Shown here: one piece after another, positions 42,308 to 53,399 of the stretch
How positions within the stretch are numbered: position 1 is the stretch's first letter
Layout of the letters: every line of letters begins with the position of its first letter
Source of the DNA: Rhizodiscina lignyota
Lineage: Eukaryota
Reading direction: 5' to 3'
DNA length: 64,000 nt
Assembly: GCA_010015805.1 (NCBI GenBank)
Contig: ML978142.1
Location: 186,001 to 250,000, forward strand
The notes under the pieces: model-generated
Databases searched by the model: none
The model's input: the letters and a program-made list of their open reading frames with translations, nothing else
What the model was told of the DNA's origin: nothing
Made by a program: the position numbers and the translations under genes

Positions 42308-44040
42308 ATGTCGTTGCTGTTTGCTCTGACTACTGTGACCGTCTTTCCATTGGTGAGTTTTTTACAAATTCATTGAATGCTTGGGATGCTTTGATTGGTC
42401 CTAATGGTCCAGGTGCTCTTGATATTTTACAAGAGATGGACGTTCGATCCGCGATTGAAACATCTGCCTCCGGGTCCGAAAGGACTTCCCATCATTGGAA
42501 ACATGCTGGACTTGGCAGACTCGGACAAGATGATAAAAGTGGCTAAGCAATGGGCTGATGAGTATGGCGAAATCTTCTATACCAAAGCCGGCCTATTTCA
42601 CTTCGTCTGGCTCTCATCGCCCGCCGTGGTAAGGGCATTGATGGACAAACGCGGCTCCATCTACTCCTCTCGTCCTCCCAGCCCAATGATTAATTTGGTC
42701 TCCAACAATGAGCGTGTCAACTTTATGCCGTATGGGGAGAGGTGGCGCTCCATCAGGAACATTGTGCAGTCTGCCCTCAATCTTCAGACTTCCACAACAT
42801 ACAAGCCCGTGCAGGACTTTGAGTCGAAGCAGGCTGTTTGGGAGATACTGCATGCAAGAGACAATGAAGCGTTTAGCGACATCAATCGCAGATACTCTAC
42901 GAGTACCATCATGACCATCACTTACGGGCATCGAGTTGCGAGCTTGGAGGATCCGATGTACCAGGACATTCTCAAAATCGTCCGTCATTTCTCTCTCGCA
43001 ACTGCGCCTGGAGGATGGATGATTGATACGGTGCCCATGCTCGCGGATATCGTTCCTCAGCGCTTTCTTCAGAACTGGAAAACGATTGCTCGCCAGTGGT
43101 ACCAAGAAGATTCCGAAATATATCTCAAGATGTACCGGAAGCTCATGAACGACATCGAGAGCGGTACAGCGCCGGATTGTTTCCTCAAGGATCTGGCAAG
43201 GGAGAAGCTGGAGAAGAATGCCATTCCAGACGTCACTGCCGCGTTCGCTGCCGGAGCATTGATCGAAGCGGGAAGCGATGCGACCACTACAGCGCTCAAC
43301 AACGTCATTCTGGCTTGTCTCCTCTATCCCGAAATAGTCACTGGTGCGCACGAAGAATTGGATAGAGCTGTGGGCAGCAGTCGGATGCCAGAGTTTAGTG
43401 ATGAGCCGAATCTGCCGTATATCCGCGCAATGGCGAAGGAAACGCTGAGATGGAGAGCTTCGACGAAAATTGGACCGGCTCATGCGACGACTCAGGACGA
43501 CTGGTATGAGGGCTACTTCATTCCGAAAGGAACTGCGATTGTGTTGAATTGGTGGTGAGTACATGACGGAATCATTTCAGTTAGTCCACTGCCGACTGGA
43601 AGAACAGGGCCATACACATGGATGAGAAGCGCTGGGAAGACCCTGAACGTTTCGACCCCAGGCGATATCTCAACGACCCTCTGACAGAAGCGGAATCAAT
43701 GGCTCAACCCAACGCAGAACTTCGCGACCATTTCACGTTCGGTGCAGGTCGCCGTCACTGTCCCGGGACACACATCGCCCATAACTCCTTATTCATCAAC
43801 CTTGCGCGAATCATGTGGGCATTCAATATACGAAAGGCGGTGGATGCGAACGGGAATACTATTGAGCCGTCCACAGCTGCTCTTCCGGGATTCTTGTTGA
43901 CGCCCGTCAAGTTTCCATGTGAGTTTGAACCAAGGACTGAAGGGCATCGGAAGATTATTGAGCAAGCTTGGGCCGAGGCGCAGAGAGAAGGATTAGTTTG
44001 GGGACGAGATGGAGTGGTGAAGAAGCCGAATGTTGCGTAG
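42308..44040 (+). CDS. Cytochrome P450, CYP64/OrdA-like class (tailoring enzyme)
   Basis: 'LPPGPKGLPIIGN', I-helix 'LIEAGSDATT', 'KETLRWR', 'PERFDP' and heme motif 'FTFGAGRRHCPG'. Two introns. Confidence 0.9.
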
Positions 44041-44286
44041 AGCTTGTGGGGTGTCAGTTTTGGATATTGTTCGACTCTTGCACCAAAAGCGTTGAATGAT
44101 GAATGAAAGGATAAATGCTTGCTTTGGGAACGCGAAGAGCCGAAATGTTTGAAGGCTTTTAATTGAAGCATTTCTGAGATGGATACCGAACTATGAGTGG
44201 GCTGTCCATTGCGATTTCCAGTGTGCCGCCTAGCTGAGTTGCAAAGCAAAGCGGAGACTATGCGTATCAGCTCCAACAAGGACTGC

Positions 44287-44314
44287 TCGGCTTCCGTGAA
44301 GTATCGGATACCGG
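44287..44314. promoter_or_regulatory. Two GliZ-type near-matches upstream of gliM
   Basis: TCGGCTTCCGT at 44287 and TCGGATACCGG at 44304. Confidence 0.6.
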
Positions 44315-44386
44315 ACATGGTCTAAATCATTCACAGTACATCGTCTCGCGTGTTTGAGATGTGTCCATGAGCAGCTCGTTGTGATA

Positions 44387-45664
44387 ATGGATAATACACT
44401 GCGGGAAGCAATTTCGTCACTGCAAGAAGCAGTAGACGCACTTGAGGGACCTTTGAGGACAGAACGCCTTAGAACACTCCAAAACTCTGATTCACTGCCC
44501 GACAAAGAGACATGGACTCTCGCATCGCAAACTGTCAATCTGGCGGACAAGTTGGTGAGGCTAATCCAGCCCCCAGCGCTGCAGCTAGCAGAGAGTTATC
44601 TGGGTGAGTGCGAAGTCTATTGGGGTGGTGCAGACTCGCTCTGATTTTCATGGTGTCTAGCTTATATCGACACCAAATGTTTGTGTGCTGCCGTCCAGCA
44701 CGATATCCCAGACGAGTTATCGTCCGGGCCACTTACCATTGACGAGCTTGCCAAACGAAGCCGACTGAAGCCTCTGCGCATGAAGCAGATTATGCGTGTC
44801 TTACACAACAATGGCATCTTCGAGTTCGAAGGGGCAAGTCAAACGTACAGCAACAGCCCGTCTTCGACGCTGCTCGTGAAGAATCACTGGACGCAGTGGC
44901 ACCGTTGGGTCTCGCTGTACGGAAACGAATTCTACGACTTTGCATGCGGCATTCCGGAGGCAATCAAGAGTGGCGAGGCGCGGAGTGCGGCGCAAATAAC
45001 ACACAAGACAGACAAGAACATCTTTCGATACTTTGCCGAGCAGGGAAAGCAAGAGAAGTTTCACAAGGCGCTCGGGGCAGGCGCAGTGGCTCAGGCGCCG
45101 GGCATGCTTGCGGACTACGACTGGGGGGAGTTGGGTGATGCTGTAGTGATGGATATTGGTGGCGGTGGAGGCGATTTTATCGTCTCATTGCTCCGTGCAC
45201 ATCCGTCGCTGAGCGGCGCCTTGTTCGAGCTGGACACTGTCGTTGACATGGTGCGGCCAAAGTTTCAAGATGCTGACGGCGAGTTTGCAGATGTTGGAGC
45301 ACGGATGGTCGACTTGCGCGTTGGCGATTTCCTCGGCGAAGTACCAGCATACGAAATATATACGATGAAGTGGTGCTTGCACAACTGGTCGGATGAAAAT
45401 GTCTTGAAGATCCTTCGAGCCGTTCGACGCGCAATCCGGTTGACATCACGGGCAAGGATGGTAATCATCGAGTCGGTGCTCGCAGACGGTCGGAGTTCGC
45501 GCATTTGGCGGTATGGGGACGTTACAATGATGTCTACAGTCAATGGCCAGGAGCGTACAGAGATGGAGTGGAGGAGTCTGGCGGCAAGGACGGGTTGGTC
45601 GGTGAAGCAAATTGTATTGTTAAGGAATGTGTGGGCTGCTGCTATTGACCTGAGGCCGGCGTGA
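44387..45664 (+). CDS. gliM: O-methyltransferase (GliM/SirM-like)
   Basis: 'HWTQWHRWVSLYGNEFY', 'MDIGGGGG', 'GDFL', 'MKWCLHNWSD' and 'GQERTEMEW'. One intron. Confidence 0.86.
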
Positions 45665-45734
45665 GATACGGTGGTGTTTTTTCGGTTTTTTTGACAGATG
45701 TACTCCCGACAAAAGTAGAGGCAGTTCTCTTCCG

Positions 45735-46010
45735 TAACATTTAGTAATTATTATAATATAGAGGAAAAGTAGAGTTGTAACTATTAGTAGAGTCTTAGAG
45801 AGCCTTGCCTTTATCGACTAGTATAGTAAATATAGTAGTAGTAACTACTTTAGCAAGAGATATATATAGAAGAATATTTAGTATATATAAAATAAGTAGA
45901 AACCTTAGCGCTTTTTTTATTATAAGAAAATACTCATAAAAAGCCTATACGTAAATCTATAGTAAGCTTAACTAGAATCTTAAAAATTAGTATAATCTAA
46001 AAAATAGCAC
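45735..46010. repeat. AT/TpA-rich, probably RIP-degraded repeat remnant
   Basis: Abrupt switch to very AT-rich sequence dense in TA/TAG/TAA directly after the last cluster gene. Confidence 0.65.
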
Positions 46011-46684
46011 TACCTGGAAGCATACGAATTCACCACCCGACCCACCGATACGCCGCCGGCCGCCCTCTTCGACAGATTCAAACAGCTTACATCTAACAGT
46101 GGGGTTCTGGGCCTGTACTACGTAGACAAAGCAAACGAGATCAAGATGCTGGAGCACATCGAAGGGCGTAAGAATATATTGACTCCCTTTACGGACCAAG
46201 CTGACGTGCAATCGACTAACCATGCCGAGACGGCATGGAATTTGGGTAAAGGTGATCCAGTTACTATGGCTTGCGTCATTGTATGCGACTCCCGAACCAT
46301 TCGGGGTGGTGCAGTGTACAAGAGTATGTCCAAACGCTCTAACTGGAGGTTTATTGGCTTAACATGCTGTCAATGCAGATACGAAGTCTCATATGAAATA
46401 GTGACTCCGGCGGGCTTTCTTGCCGCGTTACATTTCAGTAGGCATAGGACGGGGAAGGCTCATACGCATTCACATGACTTTACATTCGTTTTTGTTCACT
46501 TGATTTCGAAGTATGAACATCTCATTCTCTCTTTCGTTGTTGTTGTTTTCTCACAACTTCGCCTTCCAGGTCATTCCTCTCCCAACATTTCCGGTTTGGC
46601 TCCTAGCACAAGTACACGGTTTCAGCAGCATTGGCTAAATGATATGTACATGAAGGCTATGATTCGTTACCTGACTAGTGTTAG

Positions 46685-48576
46685 TTATGTTGCCCTTTGG
46701 GTTTCTGGAAGGGGGTTTGCTAGTAAATTTCTCACCTCTGTGCGGGTCTCCTTACATGCTTTTGCGATAGCCTCCATCCTGGCGTAGGTTGACCAGTCTG
46801 GTGGCGCAGCCTTTGATCCTGTGGATGTTGCTGACACTATAACTAATCCTCTCTGCAACGTGGGTTTAGTGCCTCGCGCGCTACCCTGTCTCGCTTTGCG
46901 TAACACGTCTTCGTGCTCTTGGGCCAGGTCAAGGCATGACTGGAGAAACTGGAGACGGTAGCCTAGAGCCCATTTGCAGATGTTGAAGAGGTTATGTTTG
47001 AGTCTCTTCACATGCGCGCAATCTTGCATGTTGATTAGGGGCCCGATTGCTGCCATTTCGTATCTAGAAATGGGTGTTTGAACTTTCTTGGCGGCAACCA
47101 TGTAGACCATATACAGCTGCGCCGTCCAGGGGCTTACTGTGATTTGGAACCCAACAGTATGAAGGTATGCCCAGTAGCCAGTTGTCTTGGCATTCGCGTA
47201 TATTAAGTTGAGCTCCTGAGGCAGTTCCAGTTTCGGGCCTGGATTCTTGGATGTTGTGAGAGCCTGTGTATATTGCATAGGAATCTTGAGATCGCCAATA
47301 GTGCTATTGCCTTTGGAGCTTTTGAGCGCGTAGTCTACAACAGACATGAAATGATTGACCATGCAACTACCATTTTTGGCGCATTCGCACATCGCTTCAG
47401 ACAATGAGCCTGAGTGTGCTTCGAACTCAAGGTTACAGATGGGGAGACCTGGGTGACTGTCGCTTGTAGTACCCTCCAGTCTGCAAGGATGGTGATGGTA
47501 GATCGTGTCTTCCTGCTCCTCAGTGAAAGGCGCGTCTTGAGAACGCCCTTGTGTCTTGAACTTTTCATTCGAAACGTACGTTATCATTACATCGGCCTTT
47601 CCTGGCGACTGTCTTTGCGGATCCGCCTGCCACAAGGGGGAGAGGTAGACTTCGTTGAGTTTGCAAATCCCGTCAAATCCAGGATCCCGCAAGTGTGGAT
47701 CCGTCTCCATCAACCCACGGGGCACTAGAAGGTTTTGGATGTTGTCCCTGAATGTGGCTTCATTCACTTCAAGAGACTCAACTGCCTGTGCCACAATTTG
47801 CAGTGCCAAATTTTCAGCTCGCTCATCATATTCCTCGTGTACCTTATGAAGTATCCAGGTTGCAAAAGGGCGAAGAGGCTCGGGTACCGTATTATGCACG
47901 CGCTGGCGAACGTCAACACCATGAGACTTGAGCTCCGTTGTGTCATGGGGCGCCATATCGCTCTCCGTGCATACTGAAGGAGATGCCGTGTGCTCTCTTT
48001 CGAGGAGGATGAGGTTCTCTTGGGTGAGTTGGGAGCGGTTCGTGGAATTCAAGTCGGAAGAACTGGCATCCTCAGGCCAAGGGACCGAGGTAGGTGCACT
48101 ATTTCGCTATTAGTGTTATCTTCATAGCGAAAAGGGATCCAAACATACCGAGAGGGATCTCCCGCGCCCTGTTGTTGGTGGTGTTCGCGAGAGCTAGCGT
48201 CTGCTACGTCAACACGCAAGGCGTCTGACTCCGGAGAGACATTCTGTAAAAATTTGTCCACAAGATGGTTTGTCGAATACTTGAAAGGTTCCTCTCGTAG
48301 TTCCCCCTGAGTTGATGCCAGCTGATATTCCACTCGCTCTTCGCTCTCGGGCGGTAAGAGGGATGGAGGAGTTTGCAGTGATCGCGAGGGAGAACTTGAG
48401 TCGTATTGCGTCGCATGCTCCGTCGGCTGAAGGTGTTTTGGTTTTTTCATCGGCCGCGGCATGAGTGCGTGTATTTCTTGTTCCTCATTTCTTTCAGAGT
48501 GGCTGCGTTCAATTCCTTTGTGCGCTTCGCTGCTAGTGGCGCGATTGGTGTCTGTTATTACTTGTGGTAGACGCAT
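46685..48576 (-). CDS. DUF7924-like (putative PD-(D/E)xK-fold) protein, two exons
   Basis: Intron 48099-48148 (GTATGT...CTAAT...TAG) joins ORFs 48049-48576 and 46685-48052 in frame. Motifs 'GKADV', 'PICNLEFEAHSG', 'FQITVSPWTAQLY' and 'NICKWALGYRL'. Confidence 0.6.
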
Positions 48577-48589
48577 TTTAATTGCTGAT

Positions 48590-49380
48590 TGTAAATGTGC
48601 TATAGAGTGCGAAAGGCAGTACTAGGTACTAAAGTAATTTGGTTTAGTTGCTGCTTTAGTTACCGCCGTAGTATGACGTTGAAGTAAGGTGAAATAGGAT
48701 CCCGCCACCTGAACTTCGCTAACGTTAGCGTTACTCCTAAATTCAGTAAGGTTTAGTGGGAAATATTCGGCCAAGCTTAAGTAGAGTTTAACTAGTTAAA
48801 TAATAAGTTAATATATTACCGTAAAGTCCTAACATCGTATATCTCAACACAACTTAACCCCTCCTCACATATCTTCACGTATCTTTATATATCTTTACAC
48901 ATCCTCACTCTTTAAAGAGCGCGAGTATGTAATACAGATCTCTCTATCTTTATGTTCGTACAGCTACATAACATTATACAACAACAACAAATAAAAGTCG
49001 TCAAGTTAAAGTTCTGACACTAACAAGGGTATTCGCGCTTAGGTCGCCTTAGTTCGCCCTTGGCTTGCAAGACCCCGATCTATGCCGATGATTCCTATGC
49101 TTCTTTAGGTATGCATCTCTACCAGTAAGGTTGCAGCTCTCTTAGCCCCTGTATTCACGGTATCTTAAAAGACATTCGCTATTCTAATCTATCGCATCTT
49201 CTTACTTACAGGTCATACAACCCTTAGCTGTCGCGTCTCGTCCAAATTAGGCTTAGGGTATTAGTAGCTTAGTAAAAGTCTGCAATCAAGCGTTGGTTCC
49301 ATTTCGATTCCCACAAAACTCTCCTAGGCGCCTGACGTAGGACATCATGCGACTTTCCCTTAAGATCTTTCTACTCTTCG
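48590..49380. other. AT-rich, TpA-enriched non-coding tract (likely RIP-affected)
   Basis: No ORFs of 60 aa or more in the track; high TA density. Confidence 0.45.
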
Positions 49381-49679
49381 ACAACTTGACTACCCATAGT
49401 CATGCGCGGGCTCTACAATATCGACGATGAGACAGAAACCTGAATATGGCGGCAATGTGAGGCGATATAGAAACAACGTGAAGAGATACCGCGACAATGT
49501 GAAGAAGTGGATCTCGACGATAAGATAGAAAGTTGGTTACAGGCAGGGCTTAAAGAGCGGGATTTCCATACAAGCACAGGATTGGAATCACGATGTTGCG
49601 CAAGATCATGTTGTTCCTCATCGTCATGTACGGCTTGCCGACGTTGTGCTTGCTCGGCATTGCATTCAATATTCCGGTC

Positions 49680-50880
49680 ATGGATCGAGTCACCCAAGTC
49701 TTCCAGTAGTCATCCATTACCGCAGTGAGCTCGGCTTTAGCATTATGAGGTTGTACATATCACCATCAGGATGCTTAATCATGTCCTCGAACGGCATCGT
49801 ATTGTACATTGTGCAATTAAGCGCAGTGCCACACCCACTCATCTTTACAATGTCTCTTAGCTTATATGACACTAGCCTCCTCCCAGACCAGAAATCACCC
49901 AGCCTCTCGGCTACCTCCGACTTCGCCTGTGCGCTCATGGGGTAGAAACCCTAGTCCTCATTACCATAAAGGGTGCAGATCTCGGCCGAAACCTCATCGT
50001 CTTAGTGTCCGACATTATGGCCCTCATCAGAATCGCGATGTATGGCCGTTGCGAGGGGCATACACTATTGCCTCTCCCTTCCTGATCTTGGTTGTGCTGA
50101 AGTACCCGCTGGTACCCATAATCCGGAACAAGCCCTTAGTAAAGATCTCAGATAGAAGGTAGATGGTTTTCGGGGGCAGCGTCGAAGGAGTGGTCGCGAA
50201 TCTAAACGAATTTGTGGGGTTAGCTCCTCTGCAGTCCCTCTTCACGATCCCGTTATTAGTCTCAGGCTTGCCGCTTGCGGAAGCAGAACTCAGCCACATT
50301 GATCAGGCTTATCGATCAAATTGAAAGCTGTAGACGCGTTCATATCCATAGCCTGAGCGCGGTACACAGCGAACCAGCTTCCGTGATCAACGACCTAAAC
50401 TCAGCACGTATCAATGCCTCCGAAGAAGGACATGTCCGTGTACGGGACCAGACTCGGATCCGTGCCGCTAACCAGGAGCATACGCTTGCATTCCATAATG
50501 CCATCTGCATGTCGGTCATGACAGCAGCCAGCCTTCTGACCATTACCACCTCGTCATTCTCGTAGATCTTTGGAGCTGGCTCTGCGCGTCTGCGCTCGAT
50601 CATAGCTGGAGCCGTGGTCGAGCCCATGATGCATCTGATGGCCGTGGTGTTCTCTAGACTTGTAAATTCAAGCAAGACCAAGTACCCGTCCAGCTCGTTC
50701 TCACCATGGTAAGCATGACCACCCTCATTACACTCCACAGTTGAATAGTACCTACAAACTTGGACACGAGCGTGGGCAAGTACCACAACCTCCCCGAGCG
50801 CTCGCTCAGGAGTAAGATGACTGGGGAGGACTATACCGAGCTCTACGAAATCCTCGTGACCAGATTCGCGAACATAGGCA
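49680..50880 (-). pseudogene. Interrupted intron-less ORF remnant of unknown family
   Basis: Co-oriented protein-like fragments (50340-50786, 50027-50299, 49717-49938) separated by stops and frameshifts. Confidence 0.4.
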
Positions 50881-51609
50881 TAAGTAAAAGGAGCTTAACC
50901 TTCTCGCTGTCGACTCCTACGTTACCACGTTGACCAAGCTGCCCGACACGATGATCTGGACCGCGAGGATGTACAGGGCGCCGGTTTCGACGTTTTTCGC
51001 GATGTGGTTTATGTGCCTAAACATGATCGAGTTTATAACTCACGTTTGGGAGCATGAATGAGATTGACCAGGTGTTCCTGTCCCTCGACAAGTGGATAGT
51101 GAGGCAGATGTCCGTGATGAGCCCCGCCTTCAGGACTGTGTTCGGAAGGTAGCACCCGTACATGCTCATAGTGTCATCTCTAAACATAGAGCTAGACACG
51201 ATGGCGATCTTATACAAGACTATGATGCTAAGGTTGAGGCACTGCATCGAGGTGTTTACGCCCAGGGATCTGGCCCTGCGCGCGAACGAGGAACACGCCT
51301 TTCTCATCGACCCAGGATATATGCACCGATAGGGACACGTTCGGGCTCGTGCGGGAGTTCGCCCGCAAGGACGTAGTCGGACCGGGAATCAAAGCCACGA
51401 CGTGAGTTCCGTCCATGTCCATGTGGAGGACAAACCGCGAGCGCCTTTAGATCATGATCATAATTCAGATAATAGAGGTGATGATCGCGACGAACCCGAA
51501 GCGAGGTTCATTGGCATGGCCACTGTCTAGATTACGCACGACACGGACGCCTTAGGTAGCTGCTCGAAAGCTGTGGAATTCGTACCAGAACAACACTATA
51601 ATCCTGCCC

Positions 51610-53311
51610 ATGGTCGAGCACATTTGCTCGAGGTGCGGCTACGAACATGCGACTCTAGATCTCGACGAGCCTCCAAGGCCGATCGTGTGTATGTGCCGCG
51701 AGGAAACCGAGATTGGAAATCCGGTCAAGGTCGCGTACTTAGAGACGGCCTTGAACGTGAGGTGGACTACAATGACCACCGTAGATGGACTCCCCGCCGC
51801 GAGCATTGATAGAGTCATTATCCACGTCCGGAGCAGGGAGTCGGTGACGGAGACAGAGCTAAGGGTAACTCTAGGTCTCGCCGCAATAATGTCCATCAAG
51901 ATGCAGATGGGTCTGTTACCGTCGGCGGAGGAGAGTGTGATTAACGAGGTGAGCGCAATGTAGTGGACTGGTCCGAACACGAGCCTCAACGCAAGGGTGA
52001 GGATGAGGTCGAACGGCGAGTCAAACGTCAAGGTGTTCAAGTGTGTCGGGAGGTTGGTGTCCGTGTATACGTTCGCGGTCTCCGATGAGTTCGTGCTTGA
52101 AGGTCTGATTGTGTTGAAGATTTCTGCCTTCAAAAATGAGTGAGTTTCTTTGCTTGCAGCTGCTCTGTCGTATCAAAGATTGAGCACTGTTTGGGACGCT
52201 ATAAATACAAAAAATAAGAGCTAGAATAGCCCTTTTTCGTAAGCTGTCTCAGATATCTCGATATCCGGGCACAACAGCCATTTCACAGCTGTTTTGCGTC
52301 GAAACAGGTATCAGATTCTCCGATGCATGGTGTTTCCACAGTACTAGGTGGTCATGACTGAGATTAGAAACAACAGTACGACCCTAGACGTGGCGGTGCT
52401 CTGGTGGCGTCGAGAGGGTTGCAGGCTTGCGGTCATGGTGAGGGCGTGGGTGTTTCATCAACGTAATACCAAGGAGATACAGGTCCATGGGCGATTACAC
52501 GTTTGCGTGCGAGCTCGAGACACTGGATAAAACCACTCCCAAGGTCGTGACGTCGATTTTGAGTCTGGCGATAAGCCTGGTGGGGTGCGCGCGTTTCGAT
52601 GATGGGCGTCATCGACAACGACTTCATGTCCGCGGTTAGATCCAACGATCACATTCTCACTGATGCTCCTGATCTCGGCGGGCAGAAGGGCAAGTTCATA
52701 GTCAAGGCCGATGGTATAAATTTGTACGTGTTGTGATACGTGTTCGGGTACGTGGTGACGGCGACGGACCCGCGGCTGACAAGGATATCGCGCATGATCA
52801 CGACCATGCCCGAGAAGCCGTCTCCGTTCACGAGGACCCCCTGGCAGCATCGTGGTGGAGGTAATAATGAATAGAGAGCTAGTTTTCCTCAACGGCCTAG
52901 CCGCCATCCGCAAAATGGTCGGGACTCGGCTTGTCTGATCATCGGCGAGAGGCCGAGGATGATTTAGCGTAAGATCTGAGGCAGGGTGCCGACCAGACTC
53001 GAGGTCCAGCTAGAACCTATGCCTTGCGACGGGAACATAGCCACGGCGGCACTCGCGTCTATGAGGCTGAAGGCCTCCATAGGTGTGCGGTCGCGGATGG
53101 AATCACAACCAAGGTTGCACGCGGCCACCTGAGCATGGTCGAGGATATAGTTTACGAGCTGGACGTGGCTAAGACCAAGGCTGCGAATAGAATGATGATA
53201 GTGAATCCGCGTGTGAGGGCGCTCGAGGTCGTGCCCAATACCGGGGATGTCGTTAGAAGGGTGATCTCAAGTGCGAGGGACGTAAATACGGACGCGGTTT
53301 TAAGCTTCTAA
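51610..53311 (+). pseudogene. Degenerate fused RNA triphosphatase-guanylyltransferase (virus/linear-plasmid-type mRNA capping enzyme) relic
   Basis: Motifs in the expected order: ETELR (51850), CELE (52508), KADG (52704), IVVE...LVFLNG (52849), PCDGNI (53022), RLK (53064), then an OB-fold-like 'IVYELDV...RVRALEVVPN'. Several stops and frameshifts and an approximately 250-bp interruption. Confidence 0.55.
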
Positions 53312-53399
53312 TGGGAAGTGCAGGGTCCCGACCCCGTCAAGTTCAAGGGAACCCGGGAGATCAAAACTCAGGTCGAGACGACGCTACTACAGAGCCAGG

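Noticed and set aside
42614..43564. 316-aa antisense ORF, and similar shadow ORFs across the cluster and at 51639-52133
   Set aside because: They overlap better-supported genes on the opposite strand and carry no motifs.
45735..48990. The two AT-rich tracts as terminal repeats of a transposon carrying the DUF7924-like gene
   Set aside because: No direct or inverted similarity and no target-site duplication visible by eye.
53019..53045. OTU-like protease motif PGDGxC
   Set aside because: The sequence is PCDGNI and lacks the catalytic Cys. It fits nucleotidyltransferase motif IV instead.
53024..53311. Ankyrin repeat belonging to the S8 pseudogene ('VARGHLSMVE')
   Set aside because: There is no TPLH motif or 33-aa periodicity. 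The segment fits better as the OB-fold end of the capping-enzyme relic.
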